The notes below the pieces were generated by a model. The model was not told where the DNA came from and searched no databases. It saw only the letters and a program-made list of their open reading frames with translations. Made by a program: the position numbers and the translations under genes. 59,173 nt of DNA, taken from positions 1 through 59,173 of the forward strand of contig JAISSQ010000115.1 in NCBI GenBank assembly GCA_031273045.1. Reading direction: 5' to 3'. This document shows, piece after piece, positions 1 to 12,000 of the stretch. Origin of the DNA: Puniceicoccales bacterium (lineage in GTDB: Bacteria; Verrucomicrobiota; Verrucomicrobiia; Opitutales; UBA953). Every line of letters begins with the position of its first letter. Within the stretch, counting starts at the first letter, position 1.

Positions 1-3000
1 GCGGCGGTGCCGGTGAGGACGAGGATGCCGTTGCGGTCGCCGGTCTTGACCAAGCCGGCGGTCGCGCCGGAGGCGTCCGAAATCGGCTGCGCGACAACCA
101 CGTAGCCGTTGCCGGTGGCACCGGAGGTGGTCATGGCGCTGGGGAGCGTCGTCAAGGTCGTCGCGGCGTCACTGGTCGCGGTGCGCGACGAGGTGGCGGA
201 GGTGTTATAGACGGCGAAGGTCGCGCCGTTGATGGCGATGGTGCTGCCGGTGTCGGACGCCTTGTCGGTCTCGTCGTAGAGGAACAGGCCGTCGAAGCCG
301 TGCTCGCCGAAGAAGTTGAGCGTCGCGCCGGTGAGCGTGACGGTCGCGTTCGCGTTGTGCGCGACGGTCGTGGTCGAGGCGCCGCCGGTGGCGGAGCCAA
401 AGTTGATGATGGCGTCGGTGACGCTGACCGTCGGCTGCGTCGCGCCGGAGGCGAGCAGGTTGAGCCACGCGCCGCCGGCGGCGGTGCCGGCGAAGTTGAC
501 GACCGTCGGGTTCGCGGCGGAGGCGAGCGTCGAGACCGTGACGGCGTTGAAATTCGCGGCGTAGTTACGGCTCGTCGTGGCGTCGAGGGTCGTCGCGTTG
601 AACGAGGTCGCGCCGCCGTCGGCGGTGAAGGAGAGCGCGGCGACGCTGCCGGTGAAGACGAGGCCGGCGTCGAGGTGCTTGACGATGGCGCCGGTGAGCG
701 TGATGGCCTCGGCGACGCCGTTGGTGTCGGCGTTCGTGTCGAGCGCGTTGATGTCGCCGGCGAGGGTCTGCGTGGTGACGGTTCCGGGCAGACGGGAGGC
801 GAGTTGGTTGAAGATGAGCGTCGCGCCGCTCTGGATGGTGATGTCGCCGTTGTAGGTGGCTGTTGCGCCGCCGATGGACCCCTTGCCGCCGGTGCTGCCG
901 ATTTGGAGCGTCGCGCCGGCGCCGGTGCCGCCGGTGCTGTCCTTCGATATCAGGAGGTCGCCTTGGAACGTGTTTTCGGCGGTGAGGATGACGGTTCCGT
1001 TGAAGCCGGCGGCGACGGCGGCGAGGTCGTGGTTGGTGAACGTCGCGCCGCCGATGGTCAGCAAGCCGAGGTCGGTGTCGTAGTCGCTGACAACGCCTTG
1101 GAGGGTGAGCGTGACGCCCGTCTCGGCGCGCAGCGCGCCGCCTTCTTCGGTGAAGGCGATGCCGGCGGCGGAGCCGAGGCCGGCGGTGATGGCGGCGCCG
1201 CTCTTGACGACCTCGAACGCGCCGCTGTCGAGCGTGATGGCGATGCTGTTGACGCCGCTGCCGGCGGCGTCGCCGGTCTCGGTGGTGCTGCGGAAGGTGC
1301 CGGCGGCGGCGGACGCGCTGCCGATGGCGATGGTCGCGACGCCGGAGCCGCCCGCGCTGTCGGCGGCGGTGTAGGTCGTGCCGCCGGCGAGGAAGAGCGC
1401 GCCGGTGTTGATGGTGAGCGCGTTGACGGTGAGCGTCGGCAACGGGACGACCGTTCCGTTCGGCGCGAGCGTGGCGCTCTTCGCGCCGTCGAGCGTCAGC
1501 GAGCCGAGCGTGACGTCGTTCTTGAAGATGAAGTCGCCGGTGTGGGTGCTGTCGCCGATGACGAGCGCGGATGCGGCGGCGTTGAACGCGGTGGGCGCGA
1601 AGCCGGCGGCTTTGGCGGCGGCGACGCCGGCGGTGCTGTTCACCGCGTCGAAGAACGTGATGGCGCCGTTGCCGGTGGACGCGCCGGCGGTGCCGGTCGG
1701 GGCGATTGTGCTCGCCGCGCGGAAGAGCGCGTTGCCGACGACGATGTCGTTGAGCGGGTAGGTCGAGTAGCCGACCGCGCCGAGGTCGCCGACGGTGTTG
1801 GCGACGCCGACGGTGTTGAAGGTGAGCGTCGCGGCGGCGGTCGTCGCGCCGGTGCCGGCGGGCGCGCCGGCGGCGGAGAGCGTGGCGTTCGCGCCGATGG
1901 CGATGGTGACCGCGCTGCTCGCGCCGATTTTCCACGAGTTGCCGAAGATGACTTCCGCGCCGTGCTCGACGGCGATGCCGCGGTTCGTGTTCACCGCCTC
2001 GGTGGTGTTCACGCCGTTGACCAAGCCGTAGTCGGCGAGGTCGCCGACGGACACGCCGGCGTTGAACGTGGCGGTCGCGCCTTCGAGCACGCGGTAGCCG
2101 GCGAAGTCAACGGGGAGGTTGAACGTCGCGTTCGCGGCGGTGACGGGCGCCGTGCTCGCGGAGCTGCCGGTGTCGTAGCCGCCGACGGTCAGCAAGCCGG
2201 TGACGTAGCCGGCGGCGACGAGCGCGCTGTTCGCAAGCGTCGGCGCAAGCGCGGCGGTCAGCGAACCGACGCCGCCGACGGGGCTGAAAATGTATTTGCC
2301 GCCGACGACGCTCATCGCGCCGACGGTGTAGTCGGCGTTGACCTGAACGGCGGCGCTGTTCTGCCGCGGCGTGTTGATATCGGCGACGCCGAGTTTGTTG
2401 CCGGTGTCGAAGGTCGCGCCCGGCTCGACGAACTGCACGACATCGCCGTTGCGGAACGGCACGGCGTGGCGGGTGAGCGGGTAGGAGGCGAACCATTCCT
2501 TGCCGGTGCCGTTCCAGACGCCGAGTTCATCGTAGGCGGAGTTCTTGCTGCGGCTGTCCACCCACGTCAGCAGCAGGTTCGGTTCGACGACGGCGGCGAC
2601 GATGTTCCGTGTGCCGGATTTGAGGGTGGCGAGCGTGTCGTCGTCGGTGACGAGCAGGTAGGCGGTGGCGGGACGGACACCGTTGGAGTTGAGCAGGGCG
2701 GCGGCGGTGACGACGTCGTAGATGCTCTCGCGCAGGAAGGTGAACTCGCCGACGGTCGTGGTGAAGTAGCCGTCGGGCGAGGCGAGCGAGGAGTCGGCGA
2801 GTTTCGCGGCGGGGGCCGCGCCGCGGACGGCGAGGATGTCGGCGTCGGTGTCGAGCAGGAGGTGCGCGGACGCGGCGGCGAGGTCGGCGCCGGTGCTGCC
2901 GATGTAGCCGTGGATGTTCAGGAAGAAGTGCGCGCCTTCGGTGATGGTCGCGACGCCGGCAACGCCGCCGGCGGTGTTGCCGACGACCACCTTGTCGTTG

Positions 3001-6000
3001 TTCGCGGCGCCGAGGTCGGAGACGGTGTTCGCCACGATGTCGGCGTAGGCCTGCGTGGCGTCGAAGGTGACGTCGCCGTTGAGGGTGAGCGTGCCGACGG
3101 CGTCGGTGGCGCCGGCGAGCGTGTAGGGCGCGGTGTTGAGCGCGCCGGTGATTCCGAAGAGCGTTTCGCCGCTGCCGGCGCCGAAGTTGGCGACCGTGCG
3201 GGCGTCGCCCGGAGCGATTGCGCCGGCGATGACGGCTTTGGCGTTGGCGACGGTGAGCGTGATTTCGCCGGTGCCGGCGAGGACGGTCGGCAGGGTGGTC
3301 GCGGCGCCGGTGGCGTAGGACGCGGCGGCGGTGAAGGCGTTGCCGGTGCCGGTGAGTTCGAGGTCGCCGGTGAGGTTGAGCGTGCCGGCGGCGAGCGCGA
3401 CGGTGACGAGCGAGTTGTCCGCGTTCGAGAGGGTCAGGATGCCGTTCGCGGCGGCGGTGCTGCTGCGAACGGTGTTCGCGGCGGCGGCGTAGCCCTCGCC
3501 GATGACGAGGTCGCCGGCGGTCGGCGTGGTGCGGGTGCTGCTCGTGAGCGGGTCAACGATTTCGACGCTTTTGCCGGAGGCGACGGTGATGAGGGCGTTG
3601 CCGACGGAGAGCAGGTTGTCGCCGTAGGAGCCGTTGCCGAGGATGCCGCTGCCGGTGAAGGCGAGGGCGGCGCGCGCGGTGGAGGTGTTGGCGACGGCCG
3701 TTTCGTCGCCGAGGTAGAGCGTGACGAAGTTGTTGGCGGTGATGCCGGAGGGGTTCGCGATTTCGACGCGCGCGCCGCGCCAGAGCGAGATGGCGGCGTT
3801 CGCGGCGTCGAGGGCGTAGGAGCCGCCGCCGGCGAGGGTGTCGCCGCCGATTTTCACGGTGCCGGCGGTGTCGGTGAGGCGCGTGAGGCCTTCGCGCAGG
3901 GTGAGCGTGTCGAACGCGATGGAGGCACCGGAGAGGGTCAGGACGTTGTCGCCGTATTTGGTGATGTCGCCGTCACCGGTGATGTTGCCGGAGAGGATTT
4001 GCTCGTAGGCGAAGCGGTCGCCGGCGGCGGCGTCGCGCTGGTCGAAAATGAGCGCGGCGCTGTCGGCGACAGCGATGTCGGGCGCGTAGGTGGCGACGTT
4101 CGCGGTGGCGCCGGCGGGCGTGGTTCCGGTGTCGGAGAACGCGCCGAGGGACGCGCCGTAAGCGGCGTTGAGTTGGTTGGCGGTCAGCGACTCGTCGCCG
4201 ATGCGCAGCGTACCGGTGGCGACGGTGATGCCGGCGGTGCCGGTGCTCTGCACGGCGTCGGTGAAGTTGCGGCCGGTGAGGACGAGCGTGCCGTTGGCGA
4301 GGACGGACGACGCCACGTTGGCACCGGGAGTGAGATAGCCGCCGACGGTCAGCGGGGCGTCGCCGTAGAACCAAGCGTCGAGGTAGGCGGAGAGGACTTG
4401 CTGGACGCGGATGGTGCCGCCGGCGCCGTCGAGGGTGATGCGGGCGGAGTTGAAGGTGCCGTCGCGCGTGGCGGCGCCGCCGACGACGTAGTCGGTGTCG
4501 GTGGCGATTTGGAGGATTTCGAGGGTGCCGGTGGTGGCGGTGCCGGTGTTGGCGGAGGCGAGCGGCGGGTTGCCGTAGGCGGCGGTGGCGTCCTGTCCGA
4601 GCCAGATGTTCAGGGCGTTGCCGGTGCCGGCGGCGTCGAGGGACGTGTAGGAGCCGAGTTGGGCGACACCGCCGCCGACGATGGTGATGTTCGAGCCGTC
4701 GGTGAGCGTGACGGTCTGGGGTGCGGTTTCCAGGGCGAACGACGCCAGTCCGTTTTCGACGACGATGTCGTGCAGGCCGATTTGGGCGCCGGTGAGGCGG
4801 AGCGTGTTCGCGCCAAGTTTCACGAGGACGCCGGTGGCGGAGGCGGTGCCGGAGTCGTAGTTGATGTTGCCGAGGAGGGTCTGGCGGGTGACGGCGGTGC
4901 TGTCTTGGTCGAAGACGAGGTAGGACTGGTAGGTGTCGGTGCCGTCGGAGTAGGCGCCGATGGCGATGCCGCGGTTGTAAATCGGGAAGGCACTGCTGCC
5001 GCCGAGGCGACCGGTGTTGCCGGTGACGGTGTTGTCGCCGATTTGCAGTGTGCCGGAGGCGACGGTGATGCCGGGCGTGGTCGTCGCCCAAGCGGGCGCG
5101 CCGCCACCGGTGGTGTTGTGGGCACTGTTGAAGATGGTGCCGGTGAGGATGAGTTTGCCGGTGGCGTAGGTGTCGGTCGGCAAGCCGGTTTCGGAGTCGG
5201 TGAGCAGGCCGCCGACGGTCAGCGGGGCGGTGCCGGTGACGGTGCCGTCGAAGGACGCCTTGTTCGGGTCGGTCGCGGAGTCCGCGCCGGCGCCCTCGAC
5301 CCGGACGGTCGCGCCGGTGCCGTTGGCGTAGAGGTTTATGCTCGTGGCGGAGAAGACGCTGCCGGTGGAGCCGATTACGCCGTCGGTGCCGCGCGTCGCG
5401 CCGAGGAGGTAGTCGAGGACCGTGCTCTGTGTGCGGCGGATTTCGAGTGTGCCGGCGGAGGTGCCGTCAGCGGACGTTTGCTCGAACTGCGGGGAGGCGG
5501 CGGTGGCGCCGTTCCACTGCTGGCCGAGGTAGATGTTCGCGTCGGCAGTGGAGCCGAGGTTGTTTCCGGTGAGCGCGACTTCCTCGCCGATGAGCAGGGT
5601 GGCGCCCTTGGTGACGGAGATGGTGCCGGCTTGGCGCAGCGTGAGCGTGGTCTCGGCGAGCAACTCGGTCACGCCGCCGTCGAGCAGCAACTTGTAAACG
5701 GAGACGTTTTCGCCGGTGAGCGAGAGGATGTTGGCGTTGTGTTTGACGATGTTGCCGTAGTTGAGGTCGTTGCCGGTGAGGATGTCGCCGGCAAGGGCTT
5801 GGACGAGGACGGCGGTGGAGTTGAGTTCGTTCTTCTGGTTGAAGACGAGGTAGGTCTCGGTGCCGGAGAGTTCGATGTCCGGCGCGTAGGTGTAAGTGGT
5901 GAGGGTGGTGCCGGCGGTGGTGCCGGTGGTCTTCGCGCCGAGCGAGCCGGTGCCGGTGGTGCCGGTGCCGATTTGCAGGACGCCGGTGGCGACATCAATG

Positions 6001-9000
6001 CCGGTGGCGCCGGCGGCTTGCTGGCCGGTGGTGGAAGCAGAGAAGTTTTCTGCGGAGAGGATGAGTGTGCCGGTCCAGTAGGTCGGGCGGGTGGGATAGT
6101 AAGCGGAGGATTTGCCGGTGGCGGCACCGCCGACGGTCAGTTTGCCGGTGCCCTCGATGTCGGAGTTATAGACGACGGCGGCGTAATCGGAGCGGGCGGG
6201 GACACTGCTGCTGTTGTCACCGGCGACGAGGATGGTCGCGCCGCTGGCTTCGAGGAGCGTCGTGGAGGTGACGCCGTTGCCGGTGATGAAGGCGTAGTCC
6301 ACACGACCGGTGGTGGCGGTTTCGCCGTAATGGAACTCAACGCGGGCGTCGGCAGCGGCGTCGTTGGCGGCGGTGCCGCTGTAAATGCTCGCGCTGCCGA
6401 GGGTGAGGGCGACGACTGGCGAGGCACCGGTGAGACCGGTGACGGTCGTGGAGGTGGCGGCGGTCGTGCCGGCGTAGAAGACGGCGGAGCCGTTGAAGGT
6501 GATGCCCGTCAGGGAGTTATCGGCGTTGTTGGTGGCGGCACCGGCGAGGGACAGGGCGTCGAGGGTCAGTTCGGTGCCGGCGGAGAAGACCGCCGCGCCG
6601 CGCTCGACGGAGACGTCGTGCAGGGTGACGTCGTCCGCGAAAACGAAGGTGCCGCGCGTAACGAGGGCGTCGGCGGGGGTGTTCGCGCGGTCGCCGAGGA
6701 CGAGCGAGGAGTTCGCGACCCACGCGGCGGTGGAGTTCGCGTTGATGGCGTCCTTGATGACGACGCCGGTTTGCGCGGCGGTGGTGGTGACAGCACTGGC
6801 GTCGGCGAGCAGGCGCAGGGTGCCGACGTTGAGGACGTTTCCGCCGTAGAGGCCGAGGTCACCGGCGGCACCGAAGTAAATCGTGCTGCGGGCGGCGGCG
6901 GCGTCGGCGGTGCCGAAGGTTCCGGCGGCGGTGTCGGTTCCGCCGGTCTCGCTGATGCCGAGGTAGGCGTTGAAATACTGCGTGGAGGTGATTTGCGACG
7001 GTCCGGCTTCAAAGCGGGCATAGGCGCCGCCGTTGAGGACGATGGTGACGGCGGGCGAGGCGCCGGCGGACGCGGCGGGGGTCGTGCCGGCGCCAAGGGA
7101 GAGCGCGCTGCCGGTGGTGAAGGTGACGACCGGCGCGGCGGACGTGACGGCGTTGCCCGCGCCGGCGGCGTAGGCGGAGCCGGTGCCCGCGCCGCTGACG
7201 CGCAGGAGGTTGCCGGCGCTGACGAGCACGTCGCCGGCGGCGTTGGTGCGCAGGTAGGCGGCGGGGGTGGTGAAGGCGTTCCCGAAGGTGACGCCGCCGG
7301 AGTAGATGTTCAGGGCGTTCGCCGAAACGTCGTTGTAGAAGAACAGGTTGCCGGAAAACGCGGCGCGGGTGACGGTCTGGCTGGTGCCGGTGCCGGTGGA
7401 GGCGCCGGTGACGTTGCTGCCGAGGACGAGCACGCTCCAACCGGTGGCGGCGGCGTTGGTGGCGATGCCGGCGGCGGAACCGAGGGCGTCGTTGAACACG
7501 GCGGCGTTCACGCCGAAGTGGTTGCTGGTGGTGCCGGGGGTGCCGGTGAGCGCGCTCGCGGCGAGGATTTGCGCGTAGCCGAGGTTGAGCGTGTTCGACG
7601 GGGTGTCGCTGTTGCCGATGATGCCGCCTTCGTTGAATTGCAGGACGGCGGGGCCGGCGGTGGTGACGACCGGCGTGTTCGTGCCGAGTTCGACGGTCAC
7701 GGCGGCGGTGGCGCCGAGCGCCCACGAGTTGTTGGTGCCGCCGGTGCCGGCGGTGGCGGCGGTGGCGCCGAGGATGACGCGCGCGCCGCGCTCAATCGTG
7801 ATGCCGGAATTGGCGTCGGGGTCCGTGACGGTGGGGGCGCCGAGTTCGCGCGGGGTCAGCAGCGCGATGCGGCGGGTGAAGAGCGTCGTGCTGCCTTCAA
7901 GGAATTTGTAGCCGGTGAAGCCGACCGGGACGTTGAAGGTGGCGAGCGCGGTCGCGGGGGTGGAGTTGGACGTGGTGTCGCCGACGGTCAGGATGCCGGT
8001 GAGCAGGCGGTTGGCACGCAGTTCCTTGTTCGCGAGGGTCGGGGTCAGGGCGGCAAGAATCGCGCCGGACTGGGTGTTGCCGTTGCTGGAGTTGAAGGTG
8101 TAGTCGCCGGAGAAGACATGCAGCGCGCCGACAGTCACGGAGAACGCGGTGAGCGTGTCGCTGGCGAGGGCACCGGCACCGGTGGCGCCGCCCAGACCGG
8201 CAACGCCGGTGGCGGCTCCGTTGGCGGAGAGCGCGGTGCCGGCGTTCAGCGTGATGGTCTGCGCGCCGGTCGGGGCGAGGGTCACGCCGCTCTCGGCGGC
8301 GTGGTCGTCGTGGTCGCCGAAATGGACGACGTCGCCGTTCTGGAAGGCGAGTTTGACGGCGCTGGCCGCGTCGGTGCCGTGCCACGCCCAGACGCTGTTG
8401 CTGCCGGTGGTGTTCCAGTTGCCGGTGGTGGCGGAGGCGGCGGTGTTCGTCCAGTCAATGACGAGGTTCGCGGCGACATCGGCGAGGACGATGTTCAGCC
8501 CGACGGAAGCGGAACCGCCGGTGGGGACCCACTTGAAGAGATTTTCGGCGTTGCCGGGGACGCCGGCGAGGGCGGCGGCGTAGCCGGTGTTGTCGTTCTC
8601 GATGGCGCGGGTGAGCAGGTTCGCGGCGGAGGAGCCGCTGCCGGTGATGGTTTCGTCCGTGAGCAGCAGGTAGGCGCGGAGGCGCGGGTTCACGGAGATG
8701 GCGGGGTTGCCGTCAATGGTGACGCTGTCGAGCCAGTTGGACGGCAGGTAAAACCGCTGGTCGGCGGGGTCGTAGCCGGTGCCGGCGGGGAGGGAGGCGG
8801 CGTTCGTGGTGACGTAGGCGGCGAGCGTGGTGCTGTTGCCTTCGATGCCACCTTGGATGCCGGCGGCGGCGTCGGTCGCGACAATCAGGTGGTAGTTCGG
8901 CGTCTGGCTCGGCCAAGTGGTGCCGGAGGACGGCGTGTTGAAGTTCGCGGAGACAAAGTTCGCCGCGTCGAGGTAAAGCGTGCCGTTGACAAGCGTCACG

Positions 9001-12000
9001 CGGTCCCCCGCCCCGTAATCACCCCCAAGAACATCAACATACAAGCGCGTGTGCGAAAGGGTGACGGTGCCGCCGGCGGTGGTGCCGACATTCGTTTTGA
9101 GCGTGAGGCGACCGTAGTCCGACGCGCTGACGTTGGTCGCGCCGCTGGCGAGGAAGGTCGAATCCGGCGCGATGTCGGCGTAGGAGAACGTGATGGAGCC
9201 GGGCTGGTCGCTGCCGACGGAGTAATAAGGGCTATTTTCTTGGAAGGCGTAGAGGTTGCCGGTGCCGGCGAAGGTCACGCGGTCGGACGCGCTGCCGGTG
9301 AAGGCGACGGAGGTCGGGGCGTAGTTCTCCGAGACGCGGAAGGCGTCGGTGGCAAGCGAGACGCCCTGCCCTGTTCCGAGCGAGCCGTAGGCGTTCAGGA
9401 TGCGGAACGTGCCACCGGTGACGGCGGCGGTGCCGGAAACGAAATTGTCACCGACAAATTGCACCAGCCCCACGCCGGTCTTCGTGAGCAAGGAGGAGTA
9501 GTTGTCGTTTCGGTCCGAACCAAGGAAGATGCTATCGTCAACGGTGAGACCGGTGTAGGTGACGCCGTCAATGGTGGTGCTGACGCCGCTTTTGCCGTAG
9601 TCGGCGTTGCCGAAGAAGATATTGTTGTCGCCGGTGAGAACGAGGGTGATGTTGCCGCGAGCGACAATGCCGCCTCGGTTCCGAGCGGTGCCGGTGTTGT
9701 TCACCAAGTTACCGGCGAAGACGATGTCACCATTGTTCGCGCCGGAGGTCGCGCCGGTAGCGTCGAGGGTGATGATGGTGCCGCTCTGGTTGTCAAGGTT
9801 CGCAAGAATTGTGCCGCCGGTGTCGTCACCGCTACTGGTGCTCTTGGTGATAACATTTCCGGTGAAGGCGGTGTTGCCCTCGAAGGAAAGGGCATACTTT
9901 CCATCCCAATACCCCAAATAAATGGCGGAACCGCCGGTGGTGGCGACGTTCTGCGAGAACGTGGTTTCCTCGCCGAAGACGACGGTGTTGCCGGTGCCGG
10001 TAGTGTATGTGCTGTTGAGCGCAATCGCACCGCCGTAGCCGTTAACTCCCGTGGCAAAGTTCTTCGAGAACGTGGTGTTAGCGGCAAATGCCAGCGAAAT
10101 TTTGGAAGTGCCGGCGAATGCGAAAATCGCGCCGCCACGACCAAAATTGTTGGATGAACTCACCCTGTTGCCGGAGAAGGTGGTCGCGCCGGTGATACCG
10201 GAGAAATCAAGCGTGATTTCGGGACCGTCGGTGGAACCGGAAGGCCAAGTTCCAACGCTAATCGCGCCACCGGAGGTAGCACCGTCAAGTACCGCGCCGG
10301 TCACGTATCCAACCCTATTATCGGAGAAGGTTAGGTTGCCCGCGCCAGTAGCAGTAAGTTCGACACTGCCGCCATTCTCACTATCAAGGAAAAGTGCGCC
10401 ACCGGCGGCAGGGACAGGGCTAGTTCCATAAACGGCGGTAACTGTGTTCGAGGCGATGGAAATGTCCGCTCCGTCTGCGGTTTCAAACGTAAGCGAAACC
10501 TTGTCTTTGGCTTTGGCGTAAATCGCGCCACCGTAAGCACCTCCGGCGTATGACCAGAAGGTAATTTGGTTGCCGCTAATACTGCTCCCCGGTCCAAAAC
10601 CAAGTGTAACGTCTCCGCCGGTCGCATTCGCGTAAACCGCTCCACCGCCAATGGTAGAAGCGGAACCATAACGAGTATCCACAGTGCAGTAGATACTGTT
10701 TCCAGTGAGAGTAACCTGCCAATCGGTGCTAAAGAGCGAGACATCGCCGCTTGTTGACGCCGCATAAATCGCGCCGCCTCGGGGATCTACAAGAAAGGAA
10801 TAAGTGCCATAATTGATGTAGTTCCCAGTCGCAGAGAAGACCGGCAAGACATCGTTCACCGGTGCCGGCGCGCTCGTGGCAATGAGAACGTCCCCGTTTG
10901 TGGATTCCGCATAAATCGCGCCACCCAAAGCAGAAGAAGTGCCGTCAGTCGAAACTGAGTTGTCCTTAAAAAGGACATTTCCGCCAAAAGACAGCGTAAC
11001 GTCGTTGGCTGCTTTGGCGTAAATCGCGCCACCGATACCCGCCGCAGTATTATTCCCCCAAGCACTCACAATGTTCCCGATAAAACGTGTCGTTTCGCCA
11101 AAAGTAAGCGTCACGGCGTCTCCGGTGCTACGCGCGTAGATTGCGCCGCCAAAAAAGTGACCGGGAGTGTTTGTGTTTTTCACTCCGCCCTCTAATTCGT
11201 TCGCCTCGAATTCCGTTGTTTCTTTCGCAAAAGTAAGCGAAATTGCACCGTATGTCTGGGCATAAACCGCACCACCGGCACCCCATCTGCCCCCATTGTG
11301 GTAGTTGTTGAGGAAGAAGACATTCTCAAGCCCTGACATGTCAAGGGTCTGCGACGAAAATGCAGAGGTGTAGGGATAAGCAGGAGGAAGAGTAGTGTAA
11401 TTTTCGTAAACAACCGCGCGCAGACCGGCGAGGTTGATGGCACCGCCGCTGGTTCCGGAGTTGCTCTCGAACACGACTGTGCCGCCGCCGGTGAACGTCA
11501 AAACCGGCTGGAGTTGCTTGTTGGCACTGTCGGCAGCACTGTTTGAACCAACCACCCCAGTAAGCGTGTCCAAGTGAATGGCACCGCCGACATTGTTGTA
11601 GGCCACCTCATACCTCGTAGAGTCGGTTCCGCTGGCAACGACGCCCTTGAAAGTAAGCGTTTGGTCGGTTCCGACGTCGAAAATCACGCCGTCACCGGTG
11701 ACAACGAAGCGGTTTTGGAGGGTGACGGCGGTGACGTCCGCGCCGAGCGAGATGGTGCTCACAGCGGTCTGTTTGGCGGCATCGCCGTCATCGCCCGAAA
11801 TCCACACAAGTCCTTGCGCACCAACGGTGAGTTTGCCCGCGTCAGCGCGGTAATAAGGAGTCCAATTGTTGCTAAAATGATTGATTTTGTCGCTTGCGAA
11901 TTCCCCGTTTGTGTTGGCGACCCAAGTTCCGCCGAGGATGGAGGAGGTGCCGGTAGCGGTGGTGTCAAAGCCGAGGATGAGGTTCGCCCCGTTGAGGCGG

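Noticed and set aside
565-1935. Minus-strand R/H/P-rich ORFs (565..1935, 3973..5091, 7009..7725, 13351..14031 and others)
   Set aside because: They lie in the wrong minus frames (coordinates 0 or 1 mod 3) and have Arg/His/Pro-rich composition typical of out-of-frame reading of GC-rich coding DNA.
300-10157. 3,285-aa + strand ORF, and its neighbours 11574..15245, 15306..16661 and 17361..20252
   Set aside because: Their translations are monotonous G/A/E/D/R/V strings with no motifs. They are the antisense mirror of the real minus-strand gene, whose frame gives canonical beta-strand and GGAIYA repeats. High GC keeps the opposite strand open by chance.
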